The notes beneath the pieces are model-generated. The model did not search any database. It was not told the DNA's origin and was given only the letters and a program-made list of their open reading frames with translations. Of a DNA stretch of 64,000 bases, positions 10,147 to 19,398 are shown in pieces; position 1 is the first letter of the stretch, and each line of letters opens with the position of its first letter. The position numbers were made by a program, and so were the translations under genes. This stretch comes from Deltaproteobacteria bacterium (GTDB taxonomy: Bacteria; Desulfobacterota; GWC2-55-46), in the NCBI GenBank assembly GCA_016234935.1, contig JACRNL010000011.1, positions 129,472 through 193,471 of the forward strand, read 5' to 3'.

Positions 10147-11361
10147 ATGCCAAAAGAAAAAAATTCCGGGTTCATACCATACGGCAGGCAGTGGATAGAT
10201 GAAGACGATATCCGCGCCGTGGCCCGGGCGCTGAGCTGCGATTATCTCACGCAGGGTCCCGGGGTGGAGCGGTTTGAAGAGGCCCTGGCCGGATATCTTG
10301 GCGCGAGGTTTGCCGTGGCGGTTTCAAGCGGCACCGCGGCGCTTCATTTAGCGTGCCTTGCCGTTGGAGTGAAAGACCGCCTTGAGGCAATAACGACCCC
10401 GATAACCTTTGCCGCAAGCGCGAACTCGGCCGTTTACTGCGGCGGAAAGCCGGTGTTTGCGGATATTGAGCCCCATACCTTTAATATTAATCCCGATGAG
10501 ATACGAAAGAAGATAACGGCGCGCGCGAAGGCGGTTATCCCCGTGCATTTCGCCGGGCTTGCCTGCGATATGGACGCCATCAGGGCCATCGCCGATGAGC
10601 GCGGCCTGACGGTCATTGAAGACGCCTGCCACGCGCTCGGCGCGGAGTATAAGGATTTAAAAGGCAAGTGGCATAAGGCCGGCTCTTGCGCCCATTCGGA
10701 CCTGTCTATCATGAGCTTCCATCCGGTAAAGCACATAACCACCGGAGAGGGCGGCGCGATACTCACAAACAGCCCGGAGCTTTATGAAAGGCTTATGCTC
10801 CTGAGGACGCACGGCATAACAAAGAAGCCGGATGCGTTTAAAAACAAGGCAATGGCCTTTGATGAAAACGGCGCGCCCAACCCCTGGTACTATGAGATGC
10901 AGGAGGCGGGGTTCAATTACAGGCTGACTGACCTGCAGTGCGCCCTGGGCATAAGCCAGCTTAAAAAGCTCGACGCCTTTGTCGCAAGAAGGCGGCGCAT
11001 AGCGGATATTTATAGCGCGGCCTTTAAGGGGATTGATCTTATAACGCCGCAGGCCGTGTCCGCAGGCAGGGTGTCGTCCTACCACCTCTACGCCGTGCAG
11101 ATTGATTTTAAGAGGCTCGGCAAAAGCCGGGCAAGAATTATGACGGAGCTTAAGGAAAAGGGCATAGGCACTCAGGTGCACTATATCCCCGTGCATTTAC
11201 AGCCCTTTTACAGGGAAAGGTTCGGATGCAAAAAGGGAGACTTCCCCGTGGCCGAGGCGTATTACGAAAAGGCCCTGAGCCTGCCCATGTACCCGAAGAT
11301 GACGGACGATGATGTGAGGCGGGTGGTCCAGGCTGTAACGGGCCTGCTAAAGGTTGCGTGA
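10147..11361 (+). CDS. pseC: UDP-4-amino-4,6-dideoxy-N-acetyl-beta-L-altrosamine transaminase (DegT family)
   Basis: IPYGRQWI start, EDACHALG, SFHPVKHITTGEGG PLP-lysine motif, WYYEMQ; follows pseB. Confidence 0.93.
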   Translation: MPKEKNSGFIPYGRQWIDEDDIRAVARALSCDYLTQGPGVERFEEALAGYLGARFAVAVSSGTAALHLACLAVGVKDRLEAITTPITFAASANSAVYCGGKPVFADIEPHTFNINPDEIRKKITARAKAVIPVHFAGLACDMDAIRAIADERGLTVIEDACHALGAEYKDLKGKWHKAGSCAHSDLSIMSFHPVKHITTGEGGAILTNSPELYERLMLLRTHGITKKPDAFKNKAMAFDENGAPNPWYYEMQEAGFNYRLTDLQCALGISQLKKLDAFVARRRRIADIYSAAFKGIDLITPQAVSAGRVSSYHLYAVQIDFKRLGKSRARIMTELKEKGIGTQVHYIPVHLQPFYRERFGCKKGDFPVAEAYYEKALSLPMYPKMTDDDVRRVVQAVTGLLKVA

Positions 11362-12891
11362 ATGTCAAGGAAAGTCCTGCTCATAAGGCCGCGTAACGTT
11401 TATAATTACAATAATTATCCCGCGCTTAATCTTATATGCGTCGGTTCCAAGCTTAAGTCCGCCGGATATGACGTCAAGATAATCAATTGCGCCTTTGAAA
11501 ACGACCCGTTAAAGGCCATAAGCGCTGAACTGAAGGATTCTCTGTTAGCGGGCATATCGTTTCTTACCTCCGAAGTGCCTGATGCCTATGCCGTAATGAA
11601 GCACATAAAAGACAGCTCCGATTTGCCGGTGGTCGCGGGGGGCTGGCACACGACCCTTTTCCCTGAACAGATGGAGGCGTGTCAATACGTTGATTACGTG
11701 GTGGCGGGAGAGGGCGAAGAGCATATACTGAAGATAGCCGACCTGCTGGCAAAAGGAGAGCGGCCCGGGCAGAAGATATTCCCCAAAAGGATGCTCGATA
11801 TGGATACCCTGCCCATGCCGGATTATGACATCGACGGCAATATCGGCAGGTTCATGGACAGCTATCTTACGGACAAGCTCTCTGAATATGTAAGGCAGCC
11901 CATGCGGTGGCTTCCTTACGAATCAAGCCGCGGTTGCCCGTCGCATTGCACCTTCTGCATAAACGTTGTGGCAGGCAATACGCGTTACAGAAAAAAGAGC
12001 GCGGCGAAGGTTATCTCGGAGATAGAGTATATAGTAAACAAACACAAGCTTACGCACCTGAAGATAATAGACGACAACTTCTTTGTTGACATAAAGTGGG
12101 TGCGTGAGATATGCGCCGGAATAATCGACAGAGGGTTCGACATAACATGGGACGGCGAGTGCCGCTGCGACTATTTTAACGATCGTCATCTTAACGACGA
12201 AACGCTGGATCTTTGCAGAAGGTCGGGTCTTGTTCAGCTTACGCTTGGGATAGAGTCCGGCTCCGAGCATACCCTGAAGCTAATGAAAAAGGGCATAACG
12301 CCGGAGCAGGCTGAAAACGCCGTAAGGAGCTGCAACGCGCATAAGATAATAGCCAGATCGTCTTTCATACTTGAGATACCCGGAGAGACGATAGACGATA
12401 TTAAATACACGATACGGCTCATAAACAGGCTGAGAAGATACCCGTATTTCACCTGCGGGGTTGGCACCTTCAGGCCGTATCCGAAGTGCGAGCTTACCGA
12501 GAACCTCCTGAAGGAAGGCTACCTCAAGGAGCCGCGGAGTTTTGAGGAGTGGAAAATGCAGAACGTTATAGACATGTACACCTCGGCGGAATATCAAAGG
12601 CCGTGGCAGGCGAACGCTGATTATTCCGAGAGCGCGGCCTATTATCTGAACATGGAATCAAGCGTGAGGCTCGGGAACCACCAAATAGACAGGGCGCGTG
12701 ACAGGGTTATTAATAATATGTTCATATCCGTCGCGAAGCTGAGAAATAAATTGGCGTACTATGGGCTCCCTTTTGAAAAAATACTCTATAAAAGATTTCT
12801 GAAGAATTTTTACAGCAGGAGGCAGGAGATGGAAAAGAGCGGCTCGTATCCGCTGTCACGCGGTCTTGAAAAGGACGGGAAAAGGGCATGA
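11362..12891 (+). CDS. Cobalamin-binding radical SAM protein
   Basis: N-terminal B12-binding region (GGWHTT...GEGE), SRGCPSHCTFC CxxxCxxC, DDNF, GIESGS. Confidence 0.88.
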   Translation: MSRKVLLIRPRNVYNYNNYPALNLICVGSKLKSAGYDVKIINCAFENDPLKAISAELKDSLLAGISFLTSEVPDAYAVMKHIKDSSDLPVVAGGWHTTLFPEQMEACQYVDYVVAGEGEEHILKIADLLAKGERPGQKIFPKRMLDMDTLPMPDYDIDGNIGRFMDSYLTDKLSEYVRQPMRWLPYESSRGCPSHCTFCINVVAGNTRYRKKSAAKVISEIEYIVNKHKLTHLKIIDDNFFVDIKWVREICAGIIDRGFDITWDGECRCDYFNDRHLNDETLDLCRRSGLVQLTLGIESGSEHTLKLMKKGITPEQAENAVRSCNAHKIIARSSFILEIPGETIDDIKYTIRLINRLRRYPYFTCGVGTFRPYPKCELTENLLKEGYLKEPRSFEEWKMQNVIDMYTSAEYQRPWQANADYSESAAYYLNMESSVRLGNHQIDRARDRVINNMFISVAKLRNKLAYYGLPFEKILYKRFLKNFYSRRQEMEKSGSYPLSRGLEKDGKRA

Positions 12892-13871
12892 GGGTTTTAG
12901 TCGCAGGCACAGGGTCAATCGGCACAAGGCACATAAAGAACCTCGTCGAGCTCGGTCATGAGGTGTATGCTACTGACATAAATCAGGAGTGCCTCAAGGC
13001 CGCCGCGCCGCTTGTGAAGGGGACATTCGTGTCGCTTGACGGCGCGCTTAAGGTCAGGCCTGAAGCGGCTTTTATCTGCACATTCAGCTCAGATCATATA
13101 GAACCCGCGCGCAAATGCGCGGAGGCTGGCTGCCATATTTTTATAGAAAAGCCGCTCTCGATGGATTTAAACGGCGTGGACGAGCTGATAGATACGGCTG
13201 ACAGTAAGGGCCTTGTCACGATGGCCGGCTGCAACATGAGATTCCACCCTGCGGTGGCGCATATTAAAGGCATCCTTGACAACGAAGCCGCTTTTGCTAA
13301 AAAGCTCTGGGCAAACCTTGAGTTCGGCTATTATCTGCCGTTTGCCAAGAAGGACTACGAGTCTTCTTATATGGCAAGAAGGAGTCTGGGCGGCAATATC
13401 ATCTTCGATGTGATACATGAGCTTGATTACGCCGTTTGGTTCTTTGGAAAGCCGGTTGAGGTCTTTTGCAGCAAGGGCATACTGTCGGGCTTGAAAATAG
13501 ACACTGAAGACTACGCGGATATGATGATAAGGTTTAAGTCAGGCGCGGTTTGCGTGATACACATGGATTATCTGCAGCACGGCTACTCAAGAAGGTGCAA
13601 GGTCGTCGCCGAAGGCGGGACGGTCGTCTGGGACTTCGCGCACGGCGATATCGGCGCCGTGACCGTAAATAGCAGGCAATGGGACTGGAAGGAAATGAAA
13701 CTTGAAGCTCTCTATAACCGCATGTACGTGGATGAGGCGCAATACTTCATGGACTGCGTTTCATCCGCCAAGGATACGTTCAATCCCTTAAAGGGTGCGC
13801 TTTCCGTTCTAAAGCTCGCGCTCGCGGCGAATATATCCTGCCATACAAACAAGTGGGAGATGGTGTCATGA
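12888..13871 (+). CDS. Gfo/Idh/MocA family oxidoreductase
   Basis: GTGSIGTRH, IEKPLS, NMRFHP, IHELDY. Confidence 0.9.
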   Translation: MRVLVAGTGSIGTRHIKNLVELGHEVYATDINQECLKAAAPLVKGTFVSLDGALKVRPEAAFICTFSSDHIEPARKCAEAGCHIFIEKPLSMDLNGVDELIDTADSKGLVTMAGCNMRFHPAVAHIKGILDNEAAFAKKLWANLEFGYYLPFAKKDYESSYMARRSLGGNIIFDVIHELDYAVWFFGKPVEVFCSKGILSGLKIDTEDYADMMIRFKSGAVCVIHMDYLQHGYSRRCKVVAEGGTVVWDFAHGDIGAVTVNSRQWDWKEMKLEALYNRMYVDEAQYFMDCVSSAKDTFNPLKGALSVLKLALAANISCHTNKWEMVS

Positions 13872-14737
13872 GCAAGGTTATCGGGGTAATTACGGCGAGA
13901 ATGGCGTCAACGCGCCTTCCGGGCAAGGTCTTGCTGAAGATGGCTGGTAAATCCATATTCGCGCATCATGCCGAGAGGATGCAGAACGTTAAGGGCCTTG
14001 ACGGGGTTTTTCTGGCCACGTCGGAAGACCCTCTGAATAAGCCGCTTATCGCGGAGGCGGAGCAAATGGGCTGCGGGTGGTTTGCCGGGGCTGAGCAGGA
14101 TATAGTGGACAGGCACATAAAGCTGTGCGAAAGGGAAGGGGCCGACGCCTTTATACGTGTCACCTGCGATTCTCCCATATTCGACATCGGGAGCGCGTCA
14201 AGGTTCGTATCCGAGTTCAGGAAGGAGTACAGGGACCTGATCTATGTCTCCAACATGACGATGATTCAGGGATCTCTGTCCGAGCTGCTCTCTTATAAGG
14301 CCATGGTCCAGGTGCATAAGCAGTACAGGGGCGCGGGCATCTCAATGCCTATAAAGGAAAATATGGATAAGTATAAGACCCTCGGCATAGAGATAGACGC
14401 CGACCTGTGCAGGCCTGAGTACCGCATAACGATTGACGAAGCCGTTGACATTGAAATGATAGGCAAGATATACGAGGCGCTCTATAAGGGCAGGCCGCTT
14501 GACCTTCATGAAGTATATACCTGGCTGGATGACTACCCCATGGTAGCGAAGATGAACATGCATGTCGGCATAAAGGGGTGCGAGCAGCAGAGCGCCAATC
14601 TGACGGAGATGCCGGTCTATACCGTAGTGAAGTCCGGCAAAGGCTTCGTGATACTCGATGAGCAAAAGCGCATGGTCGCGCCGGAGGATTTTATGTCAAG
14701 GGTTAAGGATATTTTCCCGCAACTAAAACGGGGATGA
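13868..14737 (+). CDS. SpsF-like (KdsB/PseF-type) cytidylyltransferase
   Basis: ARMASTRLPGKVL, RVTCDSP, RITIDE; ATG overlaps the previous stop codon. Confidence 0.85.
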   Translation: MSKVIGVITARMASTRLPGKVLLKMAGKSIFAHHAERMQNVKGLDGVFLATSEDPLNKPLIAEAEQMGCGWFAGAEQDIVDRHIKLCEREGADAFIRVTCDSPIFDIGSASRFVSEFRKEYRDLIYVSNMTMIQGSLSELLSYKAMVQVHKQYRGAGISMPIKENMDKYKTLGIEIDADLCRPEYRITIDEAVDIEMIGKIYEALYKGRPLDLHEVYTWLDDYPMVAKMNMHVGIKGCEQQSANLTEMPVYTVVKSGKGFVILDEQKRMVAPEDFMSRVKDIFPQLKRG

Positions 14738-14741
14738 ATTG

Positions 14742-16037
14742 ATGACCATGAAAGACCGTTATATCCGTTCAGAAGAGATGCATAAAAGGGCGTTAAAGGC
14801 AATCCCTCTGGGCACGCAGACCTTCAGCAAGAGCAGTACCCAGTATCCGTTCGGCGTCTCCCCTTATTTTATAAAAAAGGGCAGGGGCTCGCATGTGTGG
14901 GACGTTGACGGCAACGAGTATGTTGACTTTATCAATTCCCTTGCCGCCATAACGCTCGGCTACAACGACCCTGACGTCGACGCGGCCGTGAGGGCGCAGC
15001 TTGAAGAAGGCGTGATATTTTCCCTGCCGCACGAACTTGAGATAAAGGCCGCTGAAAAGGTCATAGAGATGGTTCCGTGCGCCGAGATGGTCAGGTTCGG
15101 CAAGAACGGCTCCGACGCAACGGCCGGGGCGATACGGGTCTCAAGGGCCTTTACGAAAAGGGACCATGTCGCCGTGTGCGGCTACCACGGCTGGCAGGAC
15201 TGGTACATCGGCTCAACCGCGCGAAATCTCGGCGTGCCAAAGGCCACGCGCGAGCTGACGCATACGTTTACTTACAATAATATTGATTCGCTCGATAAGA
15301 TATTCAAGGATTACCCTAACGATGTGGCCGCAGTAATCATGGAACCGATGAACGTTTTTGAGCCGGTTGACGGATTCCTTGAAAAGGCCGCGGAGCTTAC
15401 GCGAAGAAACAACGCGGTCTTCATATTCGACGAGACCATCACGGGCTTTCGCTACGCAAACGGCGGGGCCGGCGAATATTTTAACGTGAAGCCCGACCTT
15501 GCCACATTCGGCAAGGGGCTTGCCAACGGCTATCCCGTTTCCGCGGTGGCCGGAAGGGCCGATATAATGCGGTTCATGGAGGATGTATTTTTTTCATTCA
15601 CATTCGGCGGAGAGACATTGTCCCTTGCCGCCGCTCTTACGACCATGGAAAAGTTGCAGAGGGAGCCTGTCATAAAGACCATCTGGTCTCAGGGGGCGAA
15701 GATACTTGACGGCCTTACTCCCCTTATTAAAAAGCACGGGCTTGAAGATATTCTTTCGACAGCCGGCAAGCCCTGCTGGTCTTTTCTGGTATTCAAAGAC
15801 GCGAAAGACTATACCATGTGGGAATTAAAAACACTCTTTTTGCAGGAGATATTCGCGCGCGGCGTGCTTACGCTTACCACGCACAACATGAGCTACGCGC
15901 ATACCGATGAGGACATCGCAAAGCTCCTCAAGGCGTATGACGAGGTGTTCGGGATGATGAAAGAGGCCGTGGAGGAAAAGTCGCTCTTGAAACTACTGCG
16001 CACGGAGCCTCTGGCTGCGCTCTTTAAAGTGAGATGA
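14742..16037 (+). CDS. Class III PLP aminotransferase (GSA-aminomutase-like)
   Basis: WDVDGNEYVD, FGKNGSDAT, IFDETITGFR, ATFGKGLANG, FTFGGE. Confidence 0.88.
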   Translation: MTMKDRYIRSEEMHKRALKAIPLGTQTFSKSSTQYPFGVSPYFIKKGRGSHVWDVDGNEYVDFINSLAAITLGYNDPDVDAAVRAQLEEGVIFSLPHELEIKAAEKVIEMVPCAEMVRFGKNGSDATAGAIRVSRAFTKRDHVAVCGYHGWQDWYIGSTARNLGVPKATRELTHTFTYNNIDSLDKIFKDYPNDVAAVIMEPMNVFEPVDGFLEKAAELTRRNNAVFIFDETITGFRYANGGAGEYFNVKPDLATFGKGLANGYPVSAVAGRADIMRFMEDVFFSFTFGGETLSLAAALTTMEKLQREPVIKTIWSQGAKILDGLTPLIKKHGLEDILSTAGKPCWSFLVFKDAKDYTMWELKTLFLQEIFARGVLTLTTHNMSYAHTDEDIAKLLKAYDEVFGMMKEAVEEKSLLKLLRTEPLAALFKVR

Positions 16038-17107
16038 AGGTAATCTTCAGGACGGACGCCTCCGTCGCAATCGGCTCCGGCCACGCAATGAGGTGTCTGA
16101 CCCTTGCGGCCGCGCTCCGTGAAAAAGGCGCGGAGGTGGTTTTTATATGCAGGGAGCTTAAGGGCAATCTCTGCGCCTTCATCGAGGAAAAGGGTTATCG
16201 CGTGAGAAGGCTTCCTGTGCATTCGGATTCGGCGTTGCAAAAGGGCCTGTATGCGCGCTGGCTCGGAGTGGATATTGAAACAGACGCGGCGGAGACAATG
16301 GCCGCGATAGAAAAGGAAGGACAGGTGCGCTGGCTGGTTATTGACAGCTATGCCATTGACAAAAGGTGGGAGGCCCGCATGAGGCCGTTTGTGTCCGGCA
16401 TCATGGTGATTGACGACCTTGCCGACCGCGAGCATGACTGCGACATACTGCTGAACCAGAACCTTTACGACGACATGGAGGAAAGATACGCGGGTAAGCT
16501 CCCTATTCACTGCAAAAGGCTTTTTGGCCCTGAATACGCGCTTATTCGGCCAGAGTTCAGGGACGCAAGATTAAAGCGCGGGCAAAGGCACGGCAGCATC
16601 AGGCGCATACTCGTATTTTACGGCGGAAGCGACCTCACAAACGAGACCTCGAAGGCGTTAAGGGCGATTCAATCATTGAATATGCCTCAAGTGGCCGTTG
16701 ACGTGGTCGTTGGCAAGGCAAACCCGAATAGGGAAGAGATTGAGAAGCACGCATTTGCCCTTCCCAATGCGGCATTTTACTGCCAGACTGACGATATGGC
16801 GGAGCTTATGTCAAGGGCAGACCTTGCCCTTGGGGCCGGTGGGTCTTCCTCGTGGGAGAGGTGCTGCATGGGCCTGCCGGCTATAGTGACTGTCGTAGCT
16901 GAAAATCAGGCCGCGATAGCGGAAAACCTCGCCAAAAGAGGGATAGTGATAAATCTCGGCTGGCACGCGGACGCGAAGGAAGCTGATATACAAAATGCCG
17001 TTAAAGCCCTTATGGATGACCGCCAAAAGGTTTTGGAGATGGGCAAAAGGGCGTTAGGGCTTGTTGACGGAGACGGGGCCCTTAGGGCTGTTAAGGAGAT
17101 GATTTAA
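16034..17107 (+). CDS. pseG: UDP-2,4-diacetamido-2,4,6-trideoxy-beta-L-altropyranose hydrolase
   Basis: FRTDASVAIGSGHAMRC, IDDLADREHDCD, GGSD, GAGGSSSWERC, VAENQ. Confidence 0.92.
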   Translation: MKVIFRTDASVAIGSGHAMRCLTLAAALREKGAEVVFICRELKGNLCAFIEEKGYRVRRLPVHSDSALQKGLYARWLGVDIETDAAETMAAIEKEGQVRWLVIDSYAIDKRWEARMRPFVSGIMVIDDLADREHDCDILLNQNLYDDMEERYAGKLPIHCKRLFGPEYALIRPEFRDARLKRGQRHGSIRRILVFYGGSDLTNETSKALRAIQSLNMPQVAVDVVVGKANPNREEIEKHAFALPNAAFYCQTDDMAELMSRADLALGAGGSSSWERCCMGLPAIVTVVAENQAAIAENLAKRGIVINLGWHADAKEADIQNAVKALMDDRQKVLEMGKRALGLVDGDGALRAVKEMI

Positions 17108-17122
17108 AGAGAGGTTTCTTGC

Positions 17123-17605
17123 GTGAAGACATCCTTTAATTCAAAAGATGCAGAGATAAATTTCAGATATATTGATGAGTCTGACGTAGAAGATCTGTTT
17201 GAATGGAGAAATCACCCTGAGGTAAGGAAAAACTCTTTTAATATGGCTCCGTTAATATTCAAGGAGCATGAAGAGTGGTTTAAGAGAAAAATTAAAAACT
17301 CTGACACAACCATATATATGGCGTGTTGTGGTAATGACAAAATAGGTTCAATCAGATTTGAAGACAATGGCGAAGTTGAAAAAGTAAGCGTGATGCTAAA
17401 CCCGAAATTTACCGGCAAAGGCCTTGGCTCCAAAATTATCAGGATTGGAACGTGGAAATTTATAAGCGAAAAGAAGCCGGGTAAACCTGTTGTCGCGGAA
17501 ATTAAAAGGGATAATATAGCTTCAATCAAGGCCTTTGAAAGAGCCGGCTTCAAGGAAAGCTTCATAACCTTTATTTTCGACGAAAAGCAGGGGAATTTTG
17601 AATAA
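17123..17605 (+). CDS. pseH: GNAT N-acyltransferase, PseH-like
   Basis: EWRNHPEVR...EHEEWF, GKGLG, NIASIKAFERAGF; lies between pseG and pseI. Confidence 0.72.
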   Translation: MKTSFNSKDAEINFRYIDESDVEDLFEWRNHPEVRKNSFNMAPLIFKEHEEWFKRKIKNSDTTIYMACCGNDKIGSIRFEDNGEVEKVSVMLNPKFTGKGLGSKIIRIGTWKFISEKKPGKPVVAEIKRDNIASIKAFERAGFKESFITFIFDEKQGNFE

Positions 17606-18671
17606 CTCGATAAAAATTGGAAATAGGTTGATAGGCAAGGCCCATCAGCCGTTTGTCATCGCCGAGATGTCGGGCAACCACAATCAGTCGCTTGACCGGG
17701 CGTTGGCCATTGTCGAGGCCGCGGCAAAGGCCGGGGCACACGCGGTTAAGCTTCAGACCTACACCGCCGACACCATGACGATAGAGGCCGATAAAGGGCG
17801 GGACGCCCTTCAAGGGCTATTCTATATTGACGACCCCAAAAGCCTCTGGAAGGGCAGGTCGCTTTACGAGCTTTACAAAGAGGCGTATACGCCGTGGGAA
17901 TGGCACGGGCCGATTTTCAAGCGCTGCCGTGAATTGGATATTATTGGCTTTAGCACGCCGTTTGACGAGACGGCGGTTGACTTTCTGGAAGGCTTGAGCG
18001 TTCCGGCATACAAGATAGCGTCGTTTGAAAATAATCATCTGCCGCTTATAAAAAAGGCCGCGGCAACGGGTAAGCCCCTTATTATTTCAACCGGCATGGC
18101 GACTGTGGCCGAGCTTGATGAGGCTGTTTTAACGGCGCGTAAGGCCGGATGCAAGGATATCATACTTTTAAAATGCACAAGCGCCTACCCCTCCGTGCCG
18201 GATGACACGAATCTCAAGACCATCAGACATCTCAAAAAACTCTTTGACGTGGAAGCCGGGCTTTCAGACCATACGCTCGGCGTCGGCGTGGCCGCCGCGG
18301 CAGTGGCCCTCGGCGCGACGGTCATTGAAAAGCATTTTACGCTTTCAAGGGCGGACCACGGCGTGGACTCTGTCTTTTCCATGGAGCCTGACGAGCTAAA
18401 GCTCCTTGTGGATGAGACTAAAAAGGCGTGGCTGGCCCTCGGCAAGGTCTCATACGGCCCGACGGAAAGGGAAAGGGCGTCGTTAAGATTCCGCCGTTCC
18501 GTCTACGTTGTGAAGGACGTGGCAATGGGCGGGAAGTTCACAACGGAAAATACAAGGATAATAAGGCCGGGTGACGGCCTTTCGCCAAAGTATTACGACG
18601 TGATAATCGGCAAGACGGCCTCGCGCCACATAAAAAAGGGCACGCCGATGAATTGGGAGATGGTTTTGTAG
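17598..18671 (+). CDS. pseI: Pseudaminic acid synthase (NeuB family)
   Basis: IAEMSGNHN, KLQTYTADTMT, AYTPWEWH, KIASFE, LSDHT, IEKHFT, FRRS, C-terminal SAF domain. Confidence 0.94.
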   Translation: MNNSIKIGNRLIGKAHQPFVIAEMSGNHNQSLDRALAIVEAAAKAGAHAVKLQTYTADTMTIEADKGRDALQGLFYIDDPKSLWKGRSLYELYKEAYTPWEWHGPIFKRCRELDIIGFSTPFDETAVDFLEGLSVPAYKIASFENNHLPLIKKAAATGKPLIISTGMATVAELDEAVLTARKAGCKDIILLKCTSAYPSVPDDTNLKTIRHLKKLFDVEAGLSDHTLGVGVAAAAVALGATVIEKHFTLSRADHGVDSVFSMEPDELKLLVDETKKAWLALGKVSYGPTERERASLRFRRSVYVVKDVAMGGKFTTENTRIIRPGDGLSPKYYDVIIGKTASRHIKKGTPMNWEMVL

Positions 18672-18697
18672 CAGGTAAAATCTTCTATTGCGGGGGG

Positions 18698-19255
18698 ATG
18701 ATGAAAACAAGGCCGATATTCCTTGAAGGGAAAGATATCTTTCTCGGGCCGTTGTCGAAAGACGACAACCTCGATGATTACGCAAGCTGGCTTAATGACG
18801 CGGAAACAACACGCTACATGGGAAGCGGAAGGTTTCCGTTAGCCGCCGAAGGCCTCATGGACTATATTGGCCACTACAATAGCGGCAAGGACGGCATGCT
18901 CCTTGGGATATTTCTTAAAAAACCGGTCAGGCACATAGGCAACATAACGCTCCATCAGATAGACTGGAGAAACAGGCACGCGGAGATAGGTATTCTAATT
19001 GGCGACAAAAAGGCGCGCGGCAAAGGCTACGCGAAAGAGGCCGTGATTCTTGCGGCGCGCCATGCGTTTACGCGCTTAAATCTGAGGAAGCTTACGGCCG
19101 GCATGATAAAGGGCAATGAAGCGTCGAAAAGAGTCTTTGAGAAAGCTGGCTTCAAGGTCGAGGGCGTGCTTCGTGAGCACTTTTTTCTTGACGGTGAATA
19201 CCTCGATTGCTTAAGGCTCGGGCTTCTGAGAAGCGAATTTGTTGACATGGGCTGA
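18698..19255 (+). CDS. RimJ/RimL-type GNAT acyltransferase
   Basis: HIGNI, AEIGILIG, RGKGYA, NEASKRVFEKAGF. Confidence 0.85.
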   Translation: MMKTRPIFLEGKDIFLGPLSKDDNLDDYASWLNDAETTRYMGSGRFPLAAEGLMDYIGHYNSGKDGMLLGIFLKKPVRHIGNITLHQIDWRNRHAEIGILIGDKKARGKGYAKEAVILAARHAFTRLNLRKLTAGMIKGNEASKRVFEKAGFKVEGVLREHFFLDGEYLDCLRLGLLRSEFVDMG

Positions 19256-19398
19256 CGCCAAAAACTTCCGCATGATAACCGGCGGTCTGAGTATTCAAAG
19301 GACACGATGGCACAAACAAGTTCGAGGCAGCTGGTCGGAGGCGCGTGCCATGGCCGCCGGTTTTGCAGATAAAAGGATTCAGGACTAAGGAATAGTCT

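Noticed and set aside
14742..16037. Calling this gene hemL
   Set aside because: It is GSA-aminomutase-like, but its position within the pse cluster and the GTQTFSKS/YHGWQDW motifs fit the glycan-associated class III subgroup.
13853..18671. Two genes ending in WEMVS / WEMVL (shared TGGGAGATGGT)
   Set aside because: An 11-nt match between unrelated families that probably doubles as an RBS-like sequence; consistent with chance.
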